A DNA stretch of 61,097 nt, from positions 1 through 61,097 of the forward strand of contig SDNY01000004.1 in the NCBI GenBank assembly GCA_004524535.1, written 5' to 3'. Position 1 is the first letter of the stretch, and every line of letters starts with the position of its first letter. The notes under the pieces are model-generated. The model saw only the letters and a list, made by a program, of their open reading frames with translations. It had not been told where the DNA came from and ran no database searches. Made by a program: the position numbers and the translations under genes. The DNA comes from Promethearchaeota archaeon (GTDB lineage: Archaea > Asgardarchaeota > Lokiarchaeia > Sigyniarchaeales > SOKP01). Positions 17,444-26,286 of this stretch are shown piece by piece.

Positions 17444-18652
17444 TTACATGTTAATAATTTTAGCACCGCAGAATCTACAAGCCTTATATTCGGTATACAT
17501 TTTTTGAAGGCATGGGTCATGATAGAAAGAACCGCAATTCTCACATTTAAATACTTTAAAATCTCCTAAAAAGATATTATAACAATAAGAGCATGATGCA
17601 TTGATTTGATCAATATTCTTAATTTCAATCATATTTGTTTCTTTGATTTTATCTTCTTCAATTATTTTAGGTTGTTCAGAGTCCTTATCTAAGTTTTCAA
17701 ACATTTTCATAGCAGATTTCGAAATTGTAATTAAGAAAAAGCACCAAGGACAACGAAAAACATTATTTTTATCTTCGGATTTTTTTGCCCACATAGCAGC
17801 ACATGATAAATGTACTGGTCTATCACAATTAGGGCAATATCGCCCTTCTGTATAAAAATCTGCGTTAGTTAATGGAGCTTTAATTGAATGACAAATACCG
17901 CATTTTTTTTCTCCTGTTCCTCTTTCACTCATCGATGAGCTTAGTTCCATTAAAGTTGGTCTTCTTAAAGGTAAGGCAATTTCACTCATTAATGGAGCTA
18001 CTTTTTCTATCTTATCTGAAGAATAAAAACTTGGTTGCGATCTAACTAATTTTTTTGAAGCATATTCTTTCCCAGAATTTATTATTGCTTTCGGGTTATT
18101 AAAATAACCATAATCACCATTAGTAAAATCAGCAATCTTTTTTAGTACGCTCTTTTTATAATCTTGCGGCTTTCCTATTTGACATATATCAATATAAACG
18201 CCTAATCCTTTAGCGAGATTTACAATTTTTTCTATTTTTGTTTGATAATTTAATTTATCATCGCTTATTATGAAAATTCTATGAATTTTTCCACTTATCT
18301 TACGCATTTCTTGAATAATTATTTGTAATGAAAATGCAAGTGCTTGGTGTAAATGACCTTTGCCAGTTATTTGAATTTTCTTTAATGAGTTAAATAACAC
18401 ATTCTTATCGTAAGTATACGGGCATAGTCTTTTTGGATTAATTCCAAATGAAATTATGGAAATATTATCTTTTGGATCAATAGCAAGTTTAGTTTGAATA
18501 AAATTCTTTGATGCTCGCAATGCGACAGCTAATCTACTAATTTGTAGAGCTTTAGGATATTTTCTTATCATCGATCTTGATGCATCGATCAGGAGGATTG
18601 TGTCTTCGAAGAATTTCTCACCTTTTAATTGTCTAATTAAATATTCTAGAAT
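17444..18652 (-). CDS. vWA-domain protein with two C-terminal C4HC3 (PHD/RING-like) zinc fingers
   Basis: A vWA fold occupies the N-terminal ~190 aa. Finger 1 is CGIC-x18-CPNC-x4-H-x2-C-x16-CPWC. Finger 2 is CSYC-x12-CENC-x4-H-x2-C-x10-CRFC. The MIDAS motif (ILLIDASRSM) lies upstream of the first ATG (18571), so the 5' end is extended here to the in-frame limit. The true start is uncertain. Confidence 0.7.
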   Translation of the reverse strand: MLEYLIRQLKGEKFFEDTILLIDASRSMIRKYPKALQISRLAVALRASKNFIQTKLAIDPKDNISIISFGINPKRLCPYTYDKNVLFNSLKKIQITGKGHLHQALAFSLQIIIQEMRKISGKIHRIFIISDDKLNYQTKIEKIVNLAKGLGVYIDICQIGKPQDYKKSVLKKIADFTNGDYGYFNNPKAIINSGKEYASKKLVRSQPSFYSSDKIEKVAPLMSEIALPLRRPTLMELSSSMSERGTGEKKCGICHSIKAPLTNADFYTEGRYCPNCDRPVHLSCAAMWAKKSEDKNNVFRCPWCFFLITISKSAMKMFENLDKDSEQPKIIEEDKIKETNMIEIKNIDQINASCSYCYNIFLGDFKVFKCENCGSFYHDPCLQKMYTEYKACRFCGAKIINM

Positions 18653-19013
18653 CTAATCGTTGTATGTAAGTTTAAATATATAAATATTAATATAATATAT
18701 ATTTATACTTTTATAATGTCGAAAAAATGAATAGTTGCTTTTGTTAGGTTTCAGTTATTCGACAATTCATTAATCCTAATCAGAGCTATCCTTAAAGGGA
18801 AGATCTGGTATGTTCTGAATTATCCTTACGGAAAGATCAGGATAAAATTTAATGTAAAAAAAAGAAAATAAAAGTTGATAAGGTCTAAACTTTTAAAAAA
18901 AAAGGATGAACAAATATTTCAAGACTTCCAAAACGTATAAAATTAGCTCGTCCTATAAGCATGGTACAACCAAAAGACAAAAAAAATAGTAGAATCAAAT
19001 CTGATTGAAATTA

Positions 19014-20114
19014 TTATATAATTTTAGAATCTGAATCCTTAGTGAATGTTATTTCACTTGCGCGTCTTTTTGCGTACCTATAAAAATATTTTTCTTTCTT
19101 GAACTCTTCCCTTTGTTCGTGAAATGAAATAATCTTTCGACCTAGCGACCTTAATGTTATATCAAGTTCCTCATCGAAATACCCTGCTAACCTTGTCGAG
19201 AAAATGGGGTAAACCTTTCTTGCTATAAGTTTCGATATTTTAATGATTCTCTTGGCTTGTTTCTCGGGTGTTCTGATATGAAGCGATAATTTAGGACCCT
19301 TCTTGGTTAGTTTCAATTTAGTATCTCCTATTCTCTTGTTCTTTATCTTGAGGGCCACTTTCATTGGATGACGAGGTTTTTTCTTAACATGAGGATATCT
19401 CCGTTGTATCAATCTTGTTATTGATACTCCCAATCCAAACAATAATACCGTTACGGTAAATGCCACAGCAGATTCCAGACTTGCAAGCCACATAATTAAA
19501 ACAAATGCAGGAAGACAGTAACAGGCAGCTTGAACTAATGCAAGTATATTCGTTTTTACCCTTATGGTAAGTATTATGTAAATAATGGCGCAAATAATGA
19601 ATATTATTAACCCATATGTTAAAAAAGGAATGTTATTGGGAGTAACAATCGATTCTCCTGATATCAATAGCACAACAAACATAATAATAGATGCAATACT
19701 GCCAAATAATGGAATGATAAATATGGCGATTATAAGAATTATCAGAAGAACTATAAGCAAAACCGAAAGCATGTCGGCAATTGATGGAGTCTTTACGTAC
19801 TTATCCCACATTATCGCTAATAGGAGAAGCAATGTGAAGATGTAGCATACTACCTGAATATAAAGCAAAGGTCTATCTCGCAATGCTAATATGAAGTATA
19901 TTAACGCACACGCAATTAAGATTATAAGAAAACCGATATAAAATAAAAGCAATGTGGGACTGAAAATTCTGAAGGCACTAGGATAGACAATAAGAAGAGC
20001 AAACAGTACGACTGCAACCCCCGCGCCGATAATCGGGATTAATAAAATCAAGAATAAAAACACGAGTGCTGCGATCGTTAGAACTTCGGATGAAACATAA
20101 TGTTGAAATAACAT
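19014..20114 (-). CDS. polytopic membrane protein with an internally duplicated TM module and a basic cytoplasmic tail
   Basis: The two halves align: ALIYFILALRDRPLLYIQVVCYIFTLLLLLAIMW against AIIYIILTIRVKTNILALVQAACYCLPAFVLIMW. The C-terminal ~130 aa are Lys/Arg-rich and soluble. Confidence 0.5.
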   Translation of the reverse strand: MLFQHYVSSEVLTIAALVFLFLILLIPIIGAGVAVVLFALLIVYPSAFRIFSPTLLLFYIGFLIILIACALIYFILALRDRPLLYIQVVCYIFTLLLLLAIMWDKYVKTPSIADMLSVLLIVLLIILIIAIFIIPLFGSIASIIMFVVLLISGESIVTPNNIPFLTYGLIIFIICAIIYIILTIRVKTNILALVQAACYCLPAFVLIMWLASLESAVAFTVTVLLFGLGVSITRLIQRRYPHVKKKPRHPMKVALKIKNKRIGDTKLKLTKKGPKLSLHIRTPEKQAKRIIKISKLIARKVYPIFSTRLAGYFDEELDITLRSLGRKIISFHEQREEFKKEKYFYRYAKRRASEITFTKDSDSKII

Positions 20115-20168
20115 TAGGATAATAATCTCTCCGATTTAATATTTTTTCATTAAAAATATTTTTAGTTT

Positions 20169-20672
20169 TTATTTATCAGGGAAGACAAAATCTAACCCAT
20201 CGTGTTCTCCTTTTACATATTCTCCTATAATTATAAAACTATGGATGGCTGCATCGTGAAGGATCCTAACACTCTTATAAAAAGTATTCTTTGAAATTAA
20301 GTTGTTATTATCTAAGTAGATTATATCGATAAGATTATATCTATTATTGTTAACATCAATACTATACATAACATGCATAGACAAGAATAGTTTTTTTAAA
20401 TCATTAAATAATTCAGTTTTTCTCGATTCTAACATTTTTACTGTCTTAGGATCAATCCCAATATTAATCGATATATCAAGGCGATCCTTCTTTTTAAGTT
20501 TTGCAACGGTAAATGGTTTTCCAATAGGTCTTCCTGAGGGATCTTTTCCGGGGGGAAACTCAAATTTAAAACCAAATTCAAGTCTTGGGTCTTTTATATT
20601 TTCCCTTAAAATTCCTTCATCTAAAAGATATTCTCTTATTACTGTTTTAATTTTGCTTTCTTTAGAGGACAT
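20169..20672 (-). CDS. hypothetical protein, possibly DUF2299/YbjN-like
   Basis: 167-aa ORF. The N-terminus IREYLLDEGILRENIKDPRLEFGFKFEFP resembles archaeal DUF2299-type proteins from memory. This call is weak. Confidence 0.3.
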   Translation of the reverse strand: MSSKESKIKTVIREYLLDEGILRENIKDPRLEFGFKFEFPPGKDPSGRPIGKPFTVAKLKKKDRLDISINIGIDPKTVKMLESRKTELFNDLKKLFLSMHVMYSIDVNNNRYNLIDIIYLDNNNLISKNTFYKSVRILHDAAIHSFIIIGEYVKGEHDGLDFVFPDK

Positions 20673-20736
20673 TTTTCTTGTCTTTAGTCTTTTGTTTCTA
20701 TTATGATTCTATTATATTAATTTTAAGACCAGGATT

Positions 20737-21798
20737 TTGCTCATAAAAGTCATTAATTTTAAGATTCAAGTCATTAATTTTAAGATTCAAGATTTAAAAA
20801 CTGGTCTCAGTAATGCGGAATACTATGACGAGTTTCCCGGAGTACCTGAGACGACAATTAGGCGTTGGAAACAAAAAGCAATCTTGAGGCTCCAAGCAGA
20901 GCAAAGGCAACTTTGGCCACACTTTCAAGAGGCAGAGCTTTTAACACAGCTTGAGGAAAAGCACGACCATATTAATGATTATGAGCTAAAGGGTTGGGTT
21001 GAAACACCTATCATGGATCAAGATGGCAATTATATCGCATGGCTACCGAATTCAATTGGGGAAGATGGAGGTATGAGAAATATTATACAAAAGTATATGG
21101 AAGACAATTTAGACTTTCAACACATTTACGGCTTTCGCGATCCTATAGAAGCAATGCAGTTTGTTCTTGTAACAATGAGGGAAGATAGACCTAAAGAGGG
21201 GGAGATAAAGGTGGATAAACCCCACCTTATGAAACTCAGGTATGAAGTTCATGGTAAACCCGATCTGATTGTAGAGTTAGGGAGATTTGATCACCATATT
21301 TATGCTGCATATCCAGACAAATCTCCTACTCTCCCCGAACCCAGAACAACTAATTACATCCCACTTCAGTTTCGACTCGATGCAGAGTTTAGGGATAGTG
21401 CTCTTAGGGAACAGCTTGTATCCAGATATGATGACGCTAGGGATTCAAGGGTTAGTACAAATCTTGGTTGGGTTGAAGCGAAAGGAATAACTGATGAAAA
21501 CGGAAATAATATCGTGTGGATCCCAGACAAAATTCCCTTAACTGGAGGCGGATATAAAATTGCAGATAAGCACGGAGCTGATTTTAAAGATGAATACCCC
21601 AGCTATGAATTAAACACTGAGAGAGAAGTATTACAATTTATTCTTAAAATAATTAGGGATAATGATCCTGAAGGAGACCCAGTAATCACTGGAGATAATA
21701 TAAAGTACACCTACAATGTCCCAGGTTACGACACTCCTTTGATCGTAGTGGTTGGGAGATATGATAACCATCTTCATACGTCATATCCAGATACTTAG
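20737..21798 (+). CDS. tandem-domain protein of unknown function with an N-terminal HTH-like segment; G+C-rich relative to its neighbours
   Basis: Two ~130-aa repeats are present. One runs GWVETPIMDQDGNYIAWLPN...LGRFDHHIYAAYPD. The other runs GWVEAKGITDENGNNIVWIPD...VGRYDNHLHTSYPD. GVPETTIRRWKQKA is HTH-like. The start is uncertain (TTG 20737), with no in-frame ATG before residue ~92. Confidence 0.5.
   Translation: MLIKVINFKIQVINFKIQDLKTGLSNAEYYDEFPGVPETTIRRWKQKAILRLQAEQRQLWPHFQEAELLTQLEEKHDHINDYELKGWVETPIMDQDGNYIAWLPNSIGEDGGMRNIIQKYMEDNLDFQHIYGFRDPIEAMQFVLVTMREDRPKEGEIKVDKPHLMKLRYEVHGKPDLIVELGRFDHHIYAAYPDKSPTLPEPRTTNYIPLQFRLDAEFRDSALREQLVSRYDDARDSRVSTNLGWVEAKGITDENGNNIVWIPDKIPLTGGGYKIADKHGADFKDEYPSYELNTEREVLQFILKIIRDNDPEGDPVITGDNIKYTYNVPGYDTPLIVVVGRYDNHLHTSYPDT
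20749..20790. repeat. perfect tandem direct repeat, 2 x 21 bp (GTCATTAATTTTAAGATTCAA), plus a partial copy at about 20716-20728
   Basis: Read directly. The units are 20749-20769 and 20770-20790. The repeat lies between the divergent genes at 20672 and about 20800. Confidence 0.9.
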
Positions 21799-24368
21799 AT
21801 TATCTTTTTATTCCTAATGTCAAAAAAGGTCTCCCTATAATTTACGGGCTCTTTGTTCATTATTTTCAGTAAGACATACCTTAGGTATCCATCAAAGATT
21901 ACTTTAAAATTAGGATTTAACTGAGTCTTTAGTTCTTCAAATGTTTCAAAGACAGAAATAGATAATTCTGGAATTTCTATATTTATACCGGAAGACTGAA
22001 ACATTAAATAGAACTCATCCAGCTTGTCAACAATATTCGAGCTTAGGGGCAACCTATCTGGATTGATAAAACGGGAAAATTTATTACGAGTATTTTCATC
22101 TTTAGCGTAAAAACAATAAACATCAGCAAAAAGGTCAAAATCAATTGTATACGGAGGACTGCAAATACTCACATTCTTATCAGAAAGAATGTCTAAAATT
22201 GAATTTGCGGTTTCATCTAAATATTCTGGATTAATTGAAAACACTTCCAAAGAATCTATTCTCAGAATTGATTCTGGGAGAGAAGTTAAAGGATTCCCAT
22301 CTACATGCAGATGTTTAAGCTTTTTTAAATTTCCAATGGCTTCTGGTAAAACTTTTAAATTATTATAATCGCAGAATAACATTTCTAGGGATTCAAGCTT
22401 ATTTATGTTCTCTGGAATTGACTCTAAATTGTTAAGCCTTAAGTCCAAAGTCCTCAATCTTTTCAAGCTTGATAGAGAGTTAGGTAAGATTTTTAGTTGG
22501 TTTCTTCTCAAATTAAGAAGCGTTAAGGAACTAAGCTTGGAAATCGTTTCAGGAACTTCTTTAATAAAATTTCTCTTTAATCTCAGTATCTCAAGTGAAT
22601 TTAATTCAGAAATTACAGCGGAGAATTCATCAAATTGATTTTGACTCAATTCTAATTCCTTTAGGAATTTAAGATTACTCATTGAAGACGGCAGAGAAGT
22701 TAATCTATTCTTTAATAAATTGATTTTTTTAAGTTGAGTAAGCTTACCAATACTATCGGGAATTTCATTAAGGTTACAATCTTTTAGATCAAGATTAACT
22801 ATTCTTTTATTCACAATGGTTATGCCTGGCGAAAGTGAATAATTGGGTTTCCAATTTATATTGGGGCGGTGCATATGAATAGGCAATTCTAGTTTAGAAC
22901 ATAAGGTTAAAAAAAAGGATATTTCGTCGTCTATTAAGTATTTTTTAAGGAAATCCTCACTTTCATAAAATGCTTTTGCTTCTTGTATACCCAATTTTAT
23001 CAACTTTTCAAAGAATAAAGGTGCGATATCGGTGCATTCTTCTGCGATTTGCTCATAATCGTATCCTCTAAGAAGTGTGTTGATAAATTCAATATTGTAT
23101 TCATCTAACAATCCACGCATGATTCGAACTACAGTTTTATGGAGATCACCACTACCAATTATCAAATTAGCAATAGCCTCTTTGTACTTTCCTTCTATAT
23201 TTGGAGCCTTTAAATACCTTAAATGCTTGAATATAATAAGCACTTCTTTATGTTCCATAACGTAATTGTAGTCTATCATATCAAATAACATCAATTTATC
23301 TTCTCTGTCAAGGAGATGTATCTGTCCGTGTATAATTAGGAATACTATCTCTGAATTATTTCCGCCCTCAAATTTTTCGAAAACCCAATCTCTATAGAAT
23401 TTTTTAGCATTTGGTGCTTTTAATAATATCAATCTATTAAAGACGAAATAATAGTAAGGATCCTCTCTTAAAATTAGACCATAATCAAATTTTTCAAATA
23501 GAATATTCATATCATCACGATTAAGAGTCTGAATGTAACCACTATTGATTAGTTTTTTAAGGACTGGATAATCACCATATTTGAAGTTATAGAAAAACTT
23601 GTTTCTATAAATTTCTTTTGGTCCAAGATGTATGAAGTCTGTTATTTTCTGGGATTGCAAATAAAACCAATTCTTCTCTCTATCAAAGATTTTAGAAAGC
23701 CTCCAATAATCTAAATTATTAAACAATGACTCTACCTTAAGAGAATCTTCTTTAAGAAATCCATCACTAATTTTTTTTAATATAAGATTCTTTGCTTTGT
23801 GAGCTCCTATTCTTAAAGAATATTCATAGAGTGTAATTAGAATGTTAGGATCTTGTTTCAAAATAAGATCATAATTAAGATCTTGAAATAAAGTATCAAT
23901 TTCTTCAATGTCTAAATCACCTAAATAATTAATTAAATATTTGACGACAGAAGGGTATCCGGTTTTGAATCGCTTAGCAACCTCATTTTTAAATACCCTT
24001 TTTGCCTTTGGATCATTATTTTTTGGATTAGATAATGTCCTTAACAAAGGAAATGCTAGATTACGATGAAGTAGTCGAGCATCATAATTGTTTTCTGCCC
24101 ACACTTGCATATTTGAGCAATGTACCCAAAATCTTGTTTCAGGAGAGATATCTATCAATTCAGGTTTAATTTTTACTAATGAATGATCTAAATGTTCCGC
24201 CAATTCATCTACTGATTCGATATTTTCAAGATAATCTTCCAACTCATAGACAGTTTTCCTCAATAAGACATACTTACAATGCTTAAATAACTCGCCTCCT
24301 ACATATATATTAGTTCTGCTATCCTCTAATTTCAGCGAGATATACTCATTAACCTTATATTCTCCCAT
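21795..24368 (-). CDS. leucine-rich-repeat protein with an N-terminal array of ~70-130-aa helical repeats
   Basis: About 8 canonical LRRs are present: LxxLxLxxNxLxxLPxxIxxL, for example LTQLKKINLLKNRLTSLPSSMSNLKFLKELELSQNQF...LKRLRTLDLRLNNLESIPENI. The N-terminal repeats share the core F..(F/L)(D/N)Y.L(I/V)L..DP...LLKAPNAK. Confidence 0.85.
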   Translation of the reverse strand: MGEYKVNEYISLKLEDSRTNIYVGGELFKHCKYVLLRKTVYELEDYLENIESVDELAEHLDHSLVKIKPELIDISPETRFWVHCSNMQVWAENNYDARLLHRNLAFPLLRTLSNPKNNDPKAKRVFKNEVAKRFKTGYPSVVKYLINYLGDLDIEEIDTLFQDLNYDLILKQDPNILITLYEYSLRIGAHKAKNLILKKISDGFLKEDSLKVESLFNNLDYWRLSKIFDREKNWFYLQSQKITDFIHLGPKEIYRNKFFYNFKYGDYPVLKKLINSGYIQTLNRDDMNILFEKFDYGLILREDPYYYFVFNRLILLKAPNAKKFYRDWVFEKFEGGNNSEIVFLIIHGQIHLLDREDKLMLFDMIDYNYVMEHKEVLIIFKHLRYLKAPNIEGKYKEAIANLIIGSGDLHKTVVRIMRGLLDEYNIEFINTLLRGYDYEQIAEECTDIAPLFFEKLIKLGIQEAKAFYESEDFLKKYLIDDEISFFLTLCSKLELPIHMHRPNINWKPNYSLSPGITIVNKRIVNLDLKDCNLNEIPDSIGKLTQLKKINLLKNRLTSLPSSMSNLKFLKELELSQNQFDEFSAVISELNSLEILRLKRNFIKEVPETISKLSSLTLLNLRRNQLKILPNSLSSLKRLRTLDLRLNNLESIPENINKLESLEMLFCDYNNLKVLPEAIGNLKKLKHLHVDGNPLTSLPESILRIDSLEVFSINPEYLDETANSILDILSDKNVSICSPPYTIDFDLFADVYCFYAKDENTRNKFSRFINPDRLPLSSNIVDKLDEFYLMFQSSGINIEIPELSISVFETFEELKTQLNPNFKVIFDGYLRYVLLKIMNKEPVNYRETFFDIRNKKII

Positions 24369-24767
24369 ATTTTGAAAAAATAGTTTTTCTAATTAGCCTA
24401 TGATATTATCATAATTCAAAAATTTAAATTTAATCTCTCTGAGAATTTTCCATTCATATTTTTTTTAACAAATTCATTTAATTTTCTAACACATTATTTA
24501 AAGGCAAAAATTTCGTGTTATAAGTTACACAATAGGCAAAGATATTACTTTAAAAAAATTTTTTCGAAGAAACGAAAATTTGGTACATTTCTGTTCGGAT
24601 TTTCATTTGATGTTTCATTTAGTCTCACTCTGTTCCTTCCCATTCAGAGAATTCAGAGCAGTTTTCAGAAAAAATCCAAATCTTAAATTCATAAAAAGAA
24701 AGTCTAAATTAAAAGTGTCTTCAATTTATTATTTTGGTGATTTCCATTTTCTTTACCTTTTCCGATA

Positions 24768-26129
24768 TTAATCGTTAGATTCTTTTAGAAAATTATAGGC
24801 AAATAATGTATAAACTTTGATAGCATTAATAAAATCTTGAATTTCAATATATTCATTTATGGCATGAGCAGTTGCGGCACTTCCTGGTCCAAATAAAATT
24901 GTTGCAGGGCAATAACCTTTATTACGTAAATAATGAGCATCAGCACAAGCAGGAAAGAGAAAGTTAAATGGTTTTTTCTTATAAATCTTTTCTACTATAT
25001 TATGGAACATTTTTAAATCAGCTGAGCTTTCCCAATCCTTCCAATATGATGCTTCATTTTGATTAAAAATATCTAGATATACAAAAACATCCTCTGGTTT
25101 TCCAAGTGGTTCATCTCTAATTTGATATCCTAAGTCTTTTATAACTTTTTTTAATGCGTCTATTACATCTTCCGTTGTTTGGTCAGGTAATAATCTAAAG
25201 TCAATAATTGCTTCACATCGGTCAGGGACTACATTTTCCTTTATACCTCCATTAATCATATTAAGACTTTTGGTAAATTGAGTTAGAGATTTTACTACAT
25301 TTTGTAGTAATGGTTGTTCACTGTAAATGCGTTCAAAAATTTCTTCACTTGGAAAAGATTCACTGATGAGTTTCTTTAATTCTTCAAGTGAAAGAGGAGG
25401 TTTTACTTTTGGAATGTATTTTTCTAAGTTATCTAAATTCTGGATGATATTACTCATCATATAAATCGCATTTTCTCCAATAAATGGAGTTGATGAATGG
25501 CAAGAAATTCCATTTGTGATGATTCTAATTTGTAGATGCCCTTTTTCACCGAGAATTATTGCCTTTGGAAGAGGATTAAGACCAGAAGGTTCTCCTATCA
25601 CTGAAAAATTGCATTTTATCTCATTCAATTTATTATCTAAGGACCATTTTGTACCAAATTTTCCTCCTGTTTCTTCATCAGCAACCGCATTTAAAATTAA
25701 ATTTCCTGATAAATTTAGATCTAATTTTTTTAAAATTTTTAATGCTATAATCATTGCTGCCAATGGACCTTTCATATCTGTTGTTCCTCGACCAAATATG
25801 AGTTTATTTCTTTTAATAGTAGCGGAAAGAGGGGGATTTTTCCACTCCTCTTCATTTCCCGGTGGAACTACGTCCATGTGTCCATTATATAAAAGATTTT
25901 TATAATTAAAATTATCATTTAAAAATGCTAATAAATTAGCACGATTGTCGCCAAAAGGCAAAATCTCACATTTGATTCTTTCTCCATTTAAATAATCCTT
26001 AATTTTTAAAGCAACATTTTTTTCATCTCCCGGGGGATTATAAGATTTAGCCTTAATTAATCCTCTAAGAAATTCGATATATTCTTCTTTATTATCATCA
26101 ATTTCTTTTATTATCAATTCTTCGCTCAT
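24768..26129 (-). CDS. M20-family metallopeptidase (ArgE/DapE/CPG2-like)
   Basis: YNGHMDVVPPG, GRGTTDMKGPLAAMI, ADEETGG and GEPSG are the standard M20 metal-ligand and catalytic motifs. Confidence 0.85.
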   Translation of the reverse strand: MSEELIIKEIDDNKEEYIEFLRGLIKAKSYNPPGDEKNVALKIKDYLNGERIKCEILPFGDNRANLLAFLNDNFNYKNLLYNGHMDVVPPGNEEEWKNPPLSATIKRNKLIFGRGTTDMKGPLAAMIIALKILKKLDLNLSGNLILNAVADEETGGKFGTKWSLDNKLNEIKCNFSVIGEPSGLNPLPKAIILGEKGHLQIRIITNGISCHSSTPFIGENAIYMMSNIIQNLDNLEKYIPKVKPPLSLEELKKLISESFPSEEIFERIYSEQPLLQNVVKSLTQFTKSLNMINGGIKENVVPDRCEAIIDFRLLPDQTTEDVIDALKKVIKDLGYQIRDEPLGKPEDVFVYLDIFNQNEASYWKDWESSADLKMFHNIVEKIYKKKPFNFLFPACADAHYLRNKGYCPATILFGPGSAATAHAINEYIEIQDFINAIKVYTLFAYNFLKESND

Positions 26130-26286
26130 TGTTTATCCATCCAAATTATAATATTATTTATCTCGATATAAGAATAGTTAACGAATTATATAATATTTAA
26201 CGATTAGCAAATATCAAATTGGGAAATTTTATTATTATTAAATTATTTTATAATTAAACTAAACTGGATAATACACGGTTGTTCTG

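Noticed and set aside
24580-24771. 63-aa ORF in the intergenic region between the LRR gene and the M20 peptidase gene.
   Set aside because: It starts at a non-ATG codon, has a Phe/Leu/Ser-rich low-complexity sequence, has no upstream SD-like motif, and its end overlaps the stop region of the peptidase gene. It is probably not coding.
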